Below are positions 25,323 to 34,237 of a stretch of DNA of 64,000 nt, one piece after another. The first letter of the stretch is position 1. Each line of letters opens with the position of its first letter. The notes below the pieces were generated by a model, which worked only from the letters and a program-made list of their open reading frames with translations, was not told the DNA's origin and searched no databases. The translations under genes were made by a program, and so were the position numbers. This stretch comes from a virus, in the IMG/VR virus record IMGVR_UViG_3300020391_000003, positions 96,001 through 160,000 of that record. The stretch is one strand, 5' to 3'.

Positions 25323-26705
25323 ATGGCAAGTTTACCAAAATTTCAATTCACTATGGGGTTGCATGCTCAGGTTGGGGTTAGCCCCAATATATATGTAAAC
25401 ATTTGGACCATAACTAATGTAGAAATGATCGATGCCGGAAGCGGAATTCAAAACAGCGCTTTTGTTCAGCTTGAAAACTTGAGCACTGTGTATCACGCTC
25501 CCGGTACGGGTGGTAGCGCTCAAGTAGGATATCCTAATAATTTTAATTTCAGAAGACCAATCATTGGACAAACAAGTTTAAGTCATTTAACTGGCACCGG
25601 AAGAAACGGAGGCGTTTTTTCTAATTCATTAAAAGATGCCACATTCAATATAACTGTAGATCCATCTACTCAGGCGGTAAGTGGAATATCTCTTCAGAAT
25701 GGAGGATTTTATTATGGAATTGGGCAGTCAAATCAAAGTATTACCACTGACTGGCGCTCTTGGGTCGGAAGGAGCGCTGGAAACTTAAACACAACATTGA
25801 GTGCAGATGGAGGATACTTTCTGGGGCTGCCCGCAGAGCTTAAGATTAATGATGTTGAAACAAGACAAGCTAGCAGCAAACAATCAAGGCCAAATAACCC
25901 TGTCTATGAAAATGTTAGCGATATTTTTACATATAGTTTTCTAGGCAAAGACGCAACAGGTAAAATCAGAAGAGGTGTTGAGCCTTATTATGCGCCTAAA
26001 AACCCAACTCAACTTGGTGGATATACTTTTACAGCAGACTATAATTTACATACCGCAACTGTTTTTGCTGATGCGGGTAGTACCACTACCGAAGGAGTAA
26101 TTCAGGCTAGATTTAACAGTCCCAACGCAACAGTATACGGAATTACAGCTCCAATTTTAGGTTTAAATTCTAGCTCAAAAAATTCTATGTTTGCTCAACC
26201 CTCTGATCCAACCCCGGATCCAGATAAAGGTTTGAAAATCTATGAATTGCCCGAAACAAATGCTGAAGAATTTGACAAAACAAATAGATTTGTAATAGTT
26301 CAACAGCCTAGCGGTGAATTATTTAAAATGAGTGCGTTTCCTTTTTCTTCTGCTCAAGGGGTAGATGGAATAGAATTTTTTGACGAAGAAATTGTGGTTG
26401 AGAACATGAGAATTAATACCTCACAAGTAAAAGAAATAGATATCCCGGCACATGATTTAAGGGGATTTGTGCCAGATTCAGCAAATTTTGTTATTATAAC
26501 AATAGAATTTGGCACCGCATTATATCCGTTTCTATCGTGTACGCTTGGAAACTGCTTTACATATATGGTTTCAAGGGGTGATGGGGACAATGCTCCAAGA
26601 TCAAATCAAGTTTTTGTTCCGATTGTTAATGGAAGATTATTGATAACAAATGTTGAGGTTAGGGCAAGTGGATTTTTAATAATTAAACTTCATGGCTACG
26701 GATAA
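25323..26705 (+). CDS. Putative tail fibre/receptor-binding protein
   Basis: 460 aa; G/S/T-rich N-part; C-terminal module paralogous to the next two genes. Confidence 0.55.
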   Translation: MASLPKFQFTMGLHAQVGVSPNIYVNIWTITNVEMIDAGSGIQNSAFVQLENLSTVYHAPGTGGSAQVGYPNNFNFRRPIIGQTSLSHLTGTGRNGGVFSNSLKDATFNITVDPSTQAVSGISLQNGGFYYGIGQSNQSITTDWRSWVGRSAGNLNTTLSADGGYFLGLPAELKINDVETRQASSKQSRPNNPVYENVSDIFTYSFLGKDATGKIRRGVEPYYAPKNPTQLGGYTFTADYNLHTATVFADAGSTTTEGVIQARFNSPNATVYGITAPILGLNSSSKNSMFAQPSDPTPDPDKGLKIYELPETNAEEFDKTNRFVIVQQPSGELFKMSAFPFSSAQGVDGIEFFDEEIVVENMRINTSQVKEIDIPAHDLRGFVPDSANFVIITIEFGTALYPFLSCTLGNCFTYMVSRGDGDNAPRSNQVFVPIVNGRLLITNVEVRASGFLIIKLHGYG

Positions 26706-27273
26706 AGAAATTAAAGACTTTCCGATTATCATCGGTTCGGAATTTGACACATCAAAAGATTTATTTTTGTTGCCAGGAGATGGATCTGTTCATCCGACAA
26801 GCACTGTTGTTGCTGACGCAGTATTAGACAATTTAAAAAAACAGCAAGGTTTAGTTAACCATAAGCAAATTAAAAGTCTAAATTTATTTTCCGAGTGGGA
26901 CGGATTTAAGCTGAGCGCTGCATCTACAAATATAGTAGATGAATGGGCGGGTCTTAGGCAGGAATCGAGTATTAGAACCTATGATTTAAGTAACCTTGGT
27001 ATTCCTGATAATACTAAAGCGGTTTACGTAAAAATATTCATTCATGGAAGTTATCCCGCATTGCATATGACTTACTATAAAAGCTCCACCGCTACCTCTG
27101 GTCATACTATGAATAATCTGCAAAAAGGGAAATCTAGGGGAGCAGCAGAAGCGTGGCAACTGTGGATGCCGGTGAATGAAAAAAAAATATTCATAAAATG
27201 GAGATATACTAGAGCCACCGGAGTGGATGGGGCTCAATCTATCGTACAATTAATGGTATCATCATATATATAA
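26692..27273 (+). CDS. Fibre-module paralogue
   Basis: IKDFP..EFD..LFLL; YDLSNLGIPDNTKAVYV; QLWMPV. Confidence 0.6.
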   Translation: MATDKEIKDFPIIIGSEFDTSKDLFLLPGDGSVHPTSTVVADAVLDNLKKQQGLVNHKQIKSLNLFSEWDGFKLSAASTNIVDEWAGLRQESSIRTYDLSNLGIPDNTKAVYVKIFIHGSYPALHMTYYKSSTATSGHTMNNLQKGKSRGAAEAWQLWMPVNEKKIFIKWRYTRATGVDGAQSIVQLMVSSYI

Positions 27274-27878
27274 TGAACAAAAATATAGAAACCTTACCAA
27301 TTTTAAATACAGACGACTTTGATTCTAGTCAAGATTTGCTTTTATTACAAAAGACTCAAGTCGGAGGGGTGGGTGAGCCTTCGATTTTTAGTTTAACAGG
27401 AGATTTAGCTAGTAACCAAGTAGCTATTCGTAATGCAAGCATAAGATTTTTACCGCAAGAGATGCATATTGATAAATTTTTTTATTCTGAAGGAGATCGC
27501 AATAAACAAGAATACGCTCAAAATGTATTTAGATCTCAAAACTTAACATCTTACGGAGTTCCTTCAAGTGCAAACCATGTCTTACTTAGCGTAGTTGATT
27601 CGACTCGAGCGGGGGGAAATGCAGGAAGAACATTTCATATAAGATTTTTTTATGGAAAATATCCAGAAGCGCTTAATGTCAACAATTATCTATTCCAGGA
27701 TTTTGTTAGACATTATACAAGCAAACAATCTCAGGACGAGGGATATCCAATTATGCACACAGATCAGTTTTGGCTTCCTGTTTTCGAAAATACCGGAGAC
27801 GATTCCAAAAAATTAATCTATCATAAAGCTAATTTAGTAAATGTAGACTTAGATTTTTATATTATAGCTTATTCATAA
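27273..27878 (+). CDS. Fibre-module paralogue
   Basis: IETLP..DFD..LLLLQ; NLTSYGVPSSANHVLL; QFWLPV. Confidence 0.6.
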   Translation: MNKNIETLPILNTDDFDSSQDLLLLQKTQVGGVGEPSIFSLTGDLASNQVAIRNASIRFLPQEMHIDKFFYSEGDRNKQEYAQNVFRSQNLTSYGVPSSANHVLLSVVDSTRAGGNAGRTFHIRFFYGKYPEALNVNNYLFQDFVRHYTSKQSQDEGYPIMHTDQFWLPVFENTGDDSKKLIYHKANLVNVDLDFYIIAYS

Positions 27879-28036
27879 TGCCATTACCAAAACCAAATAA
27901 AAACGAAAAAAACAGCAAGTTTATGACGCGCTGTATTTCTCAATTAGAATCCAAAAAAGAATTCAAAGATAACAAGCAAAGAATTGCTGTTTGTTACAGC
28001 CAATTGGCTAGAAACAAAAGCAAAAAAAAGTCTTGA
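27878..28036 (+). CDS. 52-aa protein with a P-x-P..FMTRC..AVCYS motif
   Basis: Hand-translated MPLPKPNKNEKNSKFMTRCISQ..QRIAVCYSQL; TAATG coupling. Confidence 0.7.
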   Translation: MPLPKPNKNEKNSKFMTRCISQLESKKEFKDNKQRIAVCYSQLARNKSKKKS

Positions 28037-28061
28037 CATTTTAGCACAAATTTGAGATAAT
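28033..28061 (+). promoter_or_regulatory. sigma70-type promoter (moron-like)
   Basis: TTGACA-17 nt-GATAAT. Confidence 0.65.
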
Positions 28062-28067
28062 TCCAGT

Positions 28068-29477
28068 ATGAAATATTGGATATTATTTTTAATTAGTTTT
28101 ACTTTATGTGCGAATACCTATGATGAAGTTTTTATCAGTGGAAATTCAGATAATCGATTGGACATTGTTTTTGCTCAGCCAGAAAATGAAAATCCAAATT
28201 TAATACCAGATGTATCGAAAATGTGGAATGATGCCTGCGACTACTATCCATTTTACAAAAGATACAAAAACTTTTTCAATGTTCATGTAATCAGTAGAAA
28301 TGATTTTTTAATGCACGATGAATTATGGAATAGCGGCTATTACCAAAGAAATAATTTTAAATTAATTGATGCTAATTTTTCAAAACGCGATCTGGGTTTT
28401 ATGATGAGATTTCCTTTATCTAATAATGGGTGGGCTGCAGACTCATACTTGGAAGAAGGGCGGCTTGGGGCAATGATGGGCACAAATTTCAAAATTTTCG
28501 CCCACGAAATGGGGCATATGTTGGGAGACTTATATGACACCTATTTAAATTACATAGATAGTCATACTCATTATCCTCAAAACATAATTGTGCCAGAAAA
28601 TCACCCTATTTTTCTTGCAAAATGGTTTTATCCCAAGCTTAAGCCAGGGTTTGATAAATGGAGTAGATGGCAAGATTATGAAGATCCAATTACAGGCATC
28701 AAAATAGATGGCCCTTTTATGGAGCATACAGAGCCTCATTCTAGTGAAGACATTTTTAATTATTGGAGAACAACAAGTGATACCACATTAATGAGATCAT
28801 GGAATGCAGAGGGAGCCTTTTTGTGCCCAGTAGAGCGAGAGCATATGGTTTTGTCTCTTCATAAATACATCGACCCACTAGATTCATATTCAGACAATAA
28901 TTTATCGATCAATGATTTTGATGTTTTAGAAGCAAATGTGGTGGATAAAGATGTGATTGATGTTTTGTGGAGCGTAAATGGAGAGCCCATTTCAAATCAG
29001 CATTTTCTTGCGATCAAAGATTTAAATTTAACTCAAGATACCAACATCACACTCACTGCATGGGACAACACACTCAATCACGATTACGAAACTGACAATC
29101 GTGGCGGCTGGGTACGAACAGAAGATTTTTTAACAACTTATTCTACTGGCCCTGAGGGTGTAATTTCAGAAAGAGACGAAAGCAATAAGCTCACACAAAT
29201 TATTGATTATAATTATGCCAAAAACTCTGAAATTAAAAAATGGCATGATTTGATTCCAAATGTTGTTGGTAATTGGAAGCAATCAAACTGGTTTGGGGTG
29301 TTTGGCGTTTTTCAAAATGATTGGATTTATCACGAAAAATTAGCTTGGATTTATGTTCATCAGGCAGAGAGAGGCTTATGGTTGTATCTTGAGGGTGCAG
29401 GATGGCATTGGACAAATACAACCTCTTATCCTTACCTTTACTCGCAAACCAAAAGCGAGTGGATTTGGGTGTATTAA
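28068..29477 (+). CDS. Secreted zinc metalloprotease (M64/IgA-peptidase-like) with a Trp-rich C-terminal domain
   Basis: Signal peptide; NRLDIVF; HEMGH zinc motif; TLMR..FLCPV; C-terminal SNWFG..WIYHEKLAW..GWHWT..YPYLYS. Confidence 0.7.
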   Translation: MKYWILFLISFTLCANTYDEVFISGNSDNRLDIVFAQPENENPNLIPDVSKMWNDACDYYPFYKRYKNFFNVHVISRNDFLMHDELWNSGYYQRNNFKLIDANFSKRDLGFMMRFPLSNNGWAADSYLEEGRLGAMMGTNFKIFAHEMGHMLGDLYDTYLNYIDSHTHYPQNIIVPENHPIFLAKWFYPKLKPGFDKWSRWQDYEDPITGIKIDGPFMEHTEPHSSEDIFNYWRTTSDTTLMRSWNAEGAFLCPVEREHMVLSLHKYIDPLDSYSDNNLSINDFDVLEANVVDKDVIDVLWSVNGEPISNQHFLAIKDLNLTQDTNITLTAWDNTLNHDYETDNRGGWVRTEDFLTTYSTGPEGVISERDESNKLTQIIDYNYAKNSEIKKWHDLIPNVVGNWKQSNWFGVFGVFQNDWIYHEKLAWIYVHQAERGLWLYLEGAGWHWTNTTSYPYLYSQTKSEWIWVY

Positions 29478-29516
29478 TCCCTCTTTTTTCCTTTAATTCT
29501 TTTGATTTCGTCGGGC
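29464..29516 (+). repeat. 53-bp direct repeat, left copy
   Basis: TTTGGGTGTATTAATCCC..TTCGTCGGGC, identical to 31100-31152. Confidence 0.9.
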
Positions 29517-29538
29517 CCTATATCATTTAAAAATATAT

Positions 29539-30540
29539 TTATAAAAAATAACCAACAGATGGTTCTGGTTTAACATAAAAATATCCGTATTTTTTCATAA
29601 AAATATCCAATTTTATTTTCAAATCGTGTTTATTAATTTCAGAATCTTTTAAACCATATTGTTTAAATACTTTTACATATGTAGATGATATTTTTGGTTT
29701 ATGTATAACAGCATGATAAATCAAACTATATAAATGCATTTCATTGTTTGGAATATAAAAACCATTCGGATGTTTTATCCTTGTATCTAAGATATCTTTT
29801 TGGAGTTTTTTATCATAATAATTATCACCTATCGATCTAAAATCAAATAAAACTTTTTTATTATTTATAATAACATAATTGAGTATTCTGTGTTTCCCAT
29901 CTTCATATCTATCATTTATTGCAGAAGTACCATCTAGAATATTTTTTACTAAATAATAATCACTAACCAATAAATCTACGTCTAAATGATCATCTATAAT
30001 AATATTATTAGGCATACCTTCAAAATTACGCATAACAACCCATTTAAGTTTAGGATGTTTGTTTAATTCCTGAAAAACTTCTTCTAATGATGAAAACTCT
30101 TTATGTTTATAAAATGTTTTATAAAGACCTAATGACTTTAAATTATCTTTTGTTTCTTGTATGTTATCTGTTGCATGTATCTTACATCCTCCAGTAATTT
30201 TACGTAATGATATTTTTAAATCAAATAAATTAATATTTACTTTACGATTGCCTTTTGATGTTTTTCTATAATCATAAATAGGATTACTATCTTTAATTAT
30301 ATATATATTGAACATAGTGCTTCCACGAAAGTCATCTACAGAAACGTTATAAAATTTTGAAATGATTTCTTTTTTTTGTTTTAATTTTTTATGTGTTATT
30401 TTTTTTATAATATGAAGTGAATCCGTTAATTTATTTTCTAATTCATTAAAATGACACGTCCAATCAATTAATATATGTAATTCCGATATATTATCCATTA
30501 ATTTTAACCTTTTTAAATTTGTTTTATCACTTGATGCCAT
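29539..30540 (-). CDS. Hypothetical protein; possible NDK-like N-part and nucleotidyltransferase-like C-part
   Basis: KIHATDN..ET; WVVMRNFE..DVDLLV. Confidence 0.45.
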   Translation of the reverse strand: MASSDKTNLKRLKLMDNISELHILIDWTCHFNELENKLTDSLHIIKKITHKKLKQKKEIISKFYNVSVDDFRGSTMFNIYIIKDSNPIYDYRKTSKGNRKVNINLFDLKISLRKITGGCKIHATDNIQETKDNLKSLGLYKTFYKHKEFSSLEEVFQELNKHPKLKWVVMRNFEGMPNNIIIDDHLDVDLLVSDYYLVKNILDGTSAINDRYEDGKHRILNYVIINNKKVLFDFRSIGDNYYDKKLQKDILDTRIKHPNGFYIPNNEMHLYSLIYHAVIHKPKISSTYVKVFKQYGLKDSEINKHDLKIKLDIFMKKYGYFYVKPEPSVGYFL

Positions 30541-30568
30541 TTATATAATAATATAAATAATATTTTAA

Positions 30569-31075
30569 TTAAATTAAATGTAATCTTTCTAATGCGTTTT
30601 TATCTTGATTATACCCTCCTGGTTTATCTTTATTTTTACAATTCCACAGATCAATACCACAATCTAATTGTTTATTTATGGAGCCCCAACCAAAATCACA
30701 TAAATATATTTTATCATTAATATCAATTAAAATCTCTCCAATTTTAATATCATTATGTTGAACATTAACACTTTTCATATCACTAAGTATTTTGTTAAAT
30801 TGTTCTTTTAAATTCTTAGGTTTATTTTTTCTAGTTACTGGAACACCTACATTACTATATACTAAAAACTTATTGATATCATCTGAATAAAGTAGTTTTG
30901 GGAACCAGTCAAAATCCTTTAAAATTGATGCTAGGTATTTTTCTCTTTCATAAATATTATACTCTTTGTATTTTATCACATATTTAATAAATAAAAAAGG
31001 GCTTGTGAATGATGCACTGGTGGCTCCTTCATCTATGATGTTAATATCATTTTTAAGATTTATATTAGATTTCAT
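30569..31075 (-). CDS. Protein-kinase-like (RIO/APH-type) protein
   Basis: IKY..E, FPKLL, HNDIKIGEILI, LCDFGWG. Confidence 0.7.
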   Translation of the reverse strand: MKSNINLKNDINIIDEGATSASFTSPFLFIKYVIKYKEYNIYEREKYLASILKDFDWFPKLLYSDDINKFLVYSNVGVPVTRKNKPKNLKEQFNKILSDMKSVNVQHNDIKIGEILIDINDKIYLCDFGWGSINKQLDCGIDLWNCKNKDKPGGYNQDKNALERLHLI

Positions 31076-31099
31076 TATAAAGTACTAATATAAATTATG

Positions 31100-31152
31100 T
31101 TTGGGTGTATTAATCCCTCTTTTTTCCTTTAATTCTTTTGATTTCGTCGGGC
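31100..31152 (+). repeat. 53-bp direct repeat, right copy
   Basis: Identical to 29464-29516; includes the 3' end of ORF 31110-31304. Confidence 0.9.
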
Positions 31153-31304
31153 AATATTTTTACAACCTTATCGGTTTTATTTTCCATCATAAGTTCTGCT
31201 GGAGTAGAGCCGTTTAGTCTGGCGTTTTCTGTTTTAAGCCAAGACGTCGATTGATAAGAATTTAAATTTTTGCTAAGAGTTTCAAGTATAGACTTTTGCG
31301 ACAT
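31110..31304 (-). CDS. Xre/MbcA/ParS antitoxin C-terminal-like domain protein
   Basis: SWLKTENARLNGSTPAELM matches the WL-x-T-P/N-x-x-LGG-x-TP-x-x-L pattern. Confidence 0.55.
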   Translation of the reverse strand: MSQKSILETLSKNLNSYQSTSWLKTENARLNGSTPAELMMENKTDKVVKILPDEIKRIKGKKRD

Positions 31305-31355
31305 ATTATATATTACACATAAATATATATATTTAAAATAAGTGTATACATATAC

Positions 31356-32615
31356 ATGAGCAAAAAAACGTTTCTACCCGAGATAACAGAAAATAAGAAG
31401 CTTGCGGTTTTAAGCCAGGTGATAGATTGGGGCTTAGATCAAGCGAATGTGCCTGAAACATGGAAAACAACACAGGGAGAAGGAATTACTATTCTGGTGA
31501 TTGACACAGGATTTCCTACTCACGATGATATAGGTGATAATGCAATTAAAGGAAAAAATTGTATTCCCACAGAGCCTTTAGAAGATGAAAATGGTCACCA
31601 AAGTCACTGCGTGGGAATAATTTGTGCTAAAAACAATAACCAGGGAATGGTAGGTGTTGCGCCGAAAGCTAAAGCTCTTTGCGTAAAAGCTCTATCAAAA
31701 TTTGGATCTGGAACCTATGCGCAGTTAGCAGAAGCCTTGCAATATGCAATCGAAACAAAACCAGATATAGTTTCTATGAGTCTTGGAGGCAACTCTTACG
31801 ATGCAGATATGCATGAAAAGATAAAGCAATTATATAAAATGAATATTCCAGTAATTTGTGCTGCAGGAAATACCGGAAGAGGAGGAGTAAACTGGCCTGC
31901 TGCATATCCCCAAACAATTGCGGTAGCAGCTCATGATAAACATGGTAAAATAGCTCGGTTTTCTTCTAGAGGAGAAAGAGTAGAATGGGCTGCACCAGGA
32001 GTAGATATTTACAGCACATATTTGAATAATGGTTATAGAAGTTTAAACGGCACTTCTATGGCTTGCCCCTTTATTGCTGGTGTCGTCGCTTTAATGCTTG
32101 CCAAACACAAAAAACAAGAATCAGAAACTGGAAAAAATAACTGCAAAACCGTTGCTCAAATGAGGGAGCATTTATTAAAATATACCTTAGACAAAGGAAT
32201 GCAGGGTAAAGATTCTTCTTGGGGTTATGGGGTGATTGATGTTGAGGGGCTTATTAGTGGAAAAAAACCAAAACCCAAGCCAGAGCCCAAGCCAGAGCCC
32301 AAGCCAGAGCCCAAGCCAGAGCCCAAGCCAGAGCCCAAGCCAGAGCCCAAGCCAGAGCCCAAGCCAGAGCCAGATATACCGCATCCATATCCAGAACCAG
32401 ATATACCGCATCCATATCCAGAGCGAGAACCAGATTCTGAAGATGCAATCCATGCAGAACTCTGGCGAAAAATATTAATGGGTGTTGGGTTGCTAATTGC
32501 AGCTGGTCTAAGTATGTTTGGTGTAAGTCAATGCAATAAAGAAGAGCCCGTTGATTGGGACAAAAGATTTGAAGAAGAAATGGAAAGGAAAAATAAAAAT
32601 GGGACCAATCCTTAA
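31356..32615 (+). CDS. Subtilisin-like S8 serine protease with a Pro-rich linker and C-terminal TM anchor
   Basis: DTG, ENGHQSH, AAGN, GTSMA catalytic motifs; PKPE repeats; TM segment. Confidence 0.92.
   Translation: MSKKTFLPEITENKKLAVLSQVIDWGLDQANVPETWKTTQGEGITILVIDTGFPTHDDIGDNAIKGKNCIPTEPLEDENGHQSHCVGIICAKNNNQGMVGVAPKAKALCVKALSKFGSGTYAQLAEALQYAIETKPDIVSMSLGGNSYDADMHEKIKQLYKMNIPVICAAGNTGRGGVNWPAAYPQTIAVAAHDKHGKIARFSSRGERVEWAAPGVDIYSTYLNNGYRSLNGTSMACPFIAGVVALMLAKHKKQESETGKNNCKTVAQMREHLLKYTLDKGMQGKDSSWGYGVIDVEGLISGKKPKPKPEPKPEPKPEPKPEPKPEPKPEPKPEPKPEPDIPHPYPEPDIPHPYPEREPDSEDAIHAELWRKILMGVGLLIAAGLSMFGVSQCNKEEPVDWDKRFEEEMERKNKNGTNP
32274..32423 (+). repeat. Coding tandem repeats: 8 x 12 bp (PKPE) and 2 x 27 bp (PDIPHPYPE)
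   Basis: CCCAAGCCAGAG x8 at 32274-32369; 27-bp unit x2 at 32370-32423. Confidence 0.95.
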
Positions 32616-33033
32616 TACTATAATAGGCGCAGGGATAAAACTCGGGTGTAATTTACTAAACGCATGGTTGGAACAAAAAAGGCAAGATCAGCTCGCTTTG
32701 GCAGCAAGAGATGAAAAAATGTTGGACGCCTTAATTAAAAGTCAATCAGAAAACGCAAAAGATCCCTTTGTACAGGTCACAAGACGAGTGCTCTTCATGA
32801 GCATAACTTTTACGATGTGTTTTTTAATGATATATTATGCAATGAACCCTGATATAACATACAATCTTATTGTTCCAAAAGGAGATTCTGCTAAATGGGG
32901 ATTTTTTAGTTGGATATTTGGTGGAAATGAATGGGAGATGGTTCAAATGACAGGAGGATTAATGTTAGCATCTTTTATGGATTTATGTTTTATGGTTGTA
33001 GGTTTTTATGCAATACCTAGCAAAAGAAGATGA
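32599..33033 (+). CDS. Membrane protein, holin-like
   Basis: Start moved to ATG 32599; amphipathic N-terminus, DPFVQVTRR, two TM helices. Confidence 0.5.
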   Translation: MGPILNTIIGAGIKLGCNLLNAWLEQKRQDQLALAARDEKMLDALIKSQSENAKDPFVQVTRRVLFMSITFTMCFLMIYYAMNPDITYNLIVPKGDSAKWGFFSWIFGGNEWEMVQMTGGLMLASFMDLCFMVVGFYAIPSKRR

Positions 33034-33257
33034 GATTTTTATTGATTTTATTATTATTTTTTAATGGATGTGGTGGAAAGTTTTTACAGAAATCAGAAGA
33101 TTTAAAAGAAATAAATTCTACAATTGAACCCGAGAATGTACTATCTATTGTAAAGCAAGTTAATGATTATGATCATACTTCGCCTTGGATTTGGTTTGGC
33201 ATAATTATTGGTTTTGTTTGTTTATTCTGTTTTGCTCCACTACTATTAAAAAAATGA
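33030..33257 (+). CDS. Lipoprotein with a C-terminal TM (unimolecular-spanin-like topology)
   Basis: MRFLLILLLFFNGC lipobox-like start; C-terminal hydrophobic helix. Confidence 0.4.
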   Translation: MRFLLILLLFFNGCGGKFLQKSEDLKEINSTIEPENVLSIVKQVNDYDHTSPWIWFGIIIGFVCLFCFAPLLLKK

Positions 33258-33844
33258 ATATTGGATTAGATATAATTAGCGTATTAACTGGTGTTGTTTC
33301 GGCTGCTACGGCTGTTTTAGGTATGTGGTTAAAAGTAAAGTATGACGAGAGAAAAAGTAAGGAATTTAATTATGATCCATCTGCACATAGCAATGTAGTT
33401 GCGGCTTTAGATTTTGTAATGGATAACACTGATTGTGATCGAGCATATGTTATGGAATTTCATAATGGAGAGCATTATTTTTCAGGAAGAGGTCAGCAGA
33501 AATTGAGCTGTACCTATGAGGTAATTAGCGAAGGAATAAGCTCTGAATGTCATTCTATGCAAAATATTAGAATATCAAATTTTCATGCAATGATAAAAGA
33601 TATAGCAGAAAATAAAACTTTTATATGCGAAGATACAGAAAATTATAATGAGGATATAGCGTTTAAATCATTTTTACAGCAAAAAGGCGTAGAGAGTATG
33701 TTTGCTAGGCCAGTAAAAACTTTAAATGGAAAAATCCTTGGCATTATCTGCTTGGAATATGTCAAAGAAAAGAGATTATGGGGCGTTGAGGTAGAAGACT
33801 TTGTAAGAAAACAGGCTCGAGTAATTAGCGGCTATTTGATATAA
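33254..33844 (+). CDS. TM + GAF-like protein (T4 holin T-like architecture)
   Basis: Start moved to ATG 33254; N-terminal TM; DRAYVMEFHNG..KLSCTYEV..ILGIICLEY. Confidence 0.55.
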   Translation: MNIGLDIISVLTGVVSAATAVLGMWLKVKYDERKSKEFNYDPSAHSNVVAALDFVMDNTDCDRAYVMEFHNGEHYFSGRGQQKLSCTYEVISEGISSECHSMQNIRISNFHAMIKDIAENKTFICEDTENYNEDIAFKSFLQQKGVESMFARPVKTLNGKILGIICLEYVKEKRLWGVEVEDFVRKQARVISGYLI

Positions 33845-33871
33845 TTTTATTTTTTATTATAATATATCATT

Positions 33872-34237
33872 ATGGCTTTTTCTTACTGTCCACATTGTGG
33901 TTTCAAAAATATGTATTCGATACAAGCGCCCAAATTTTGTGGCGGTTGTGGCGAAAGTTTAAATGTCTTATCTGCAGCAAAGCAAAAAAAATCTAAGCCT
34001 GCTGTAAGATCAAGAGCTCCTCGAGAACGAATTAAAGAACAATCTTACGATCCAGACGGACTAGATATCTTTGAAGTCCCAGAAATATCTAAATTATCTT
34101 ATAGTATAGAGGTCGATAAGATTTCATTTGATCTAAAAGATGTATTGCCCTCTGAAGAAGAATTAGATAACATGAAAAAGTCAGAAACGCAAAAACCCAA
34201 AAAATTAGCTAAGCGTGGAAGACCCAGAAAATCATAA
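33872..34237 (+). CDS. Zinc-ribbon protein
   Basis: CPHCG..FCGGCG. Confidence 0.75.
   Translation: MAFSYCPHCGFKNMYSIQAPKFCGGCGESLNVLSAAKQKKSKPAVRSRAPRERIKEQSYDPDGLDIFEVPEISKLSYSIEVDKISFDLKDVLPSEEELDNMKKSETQKPKKLAKRGRPRKS

Larger units (their letters stand above)
29517..31099. mobile_element. AT-rich two-gene island bounded by 53-bp direct repeats
   Basis: Visibly lower GC than the flanks; exact flanking duplication; no integrase or transposase inside. Confidence 0.5.

Noticed and set aside
18984-27878. Diversity-generating retroelement acting on fibre genes
   Set aside because: No reverse transcriptase and no near-identical template/variable repeat pair differing at adenines.
32274-32423. 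Tandem repeat as a CRISPR array
   Set aside because: There are no spacers; the 12-bp and 27-bp units are in frame and encode a Pro-rich linker.
32187-32478. LGLW, SQSP and ALAW repeat ORFs
   Set aside because: These are alternative-frame shadows of the PKPE repeat in the protease gene.
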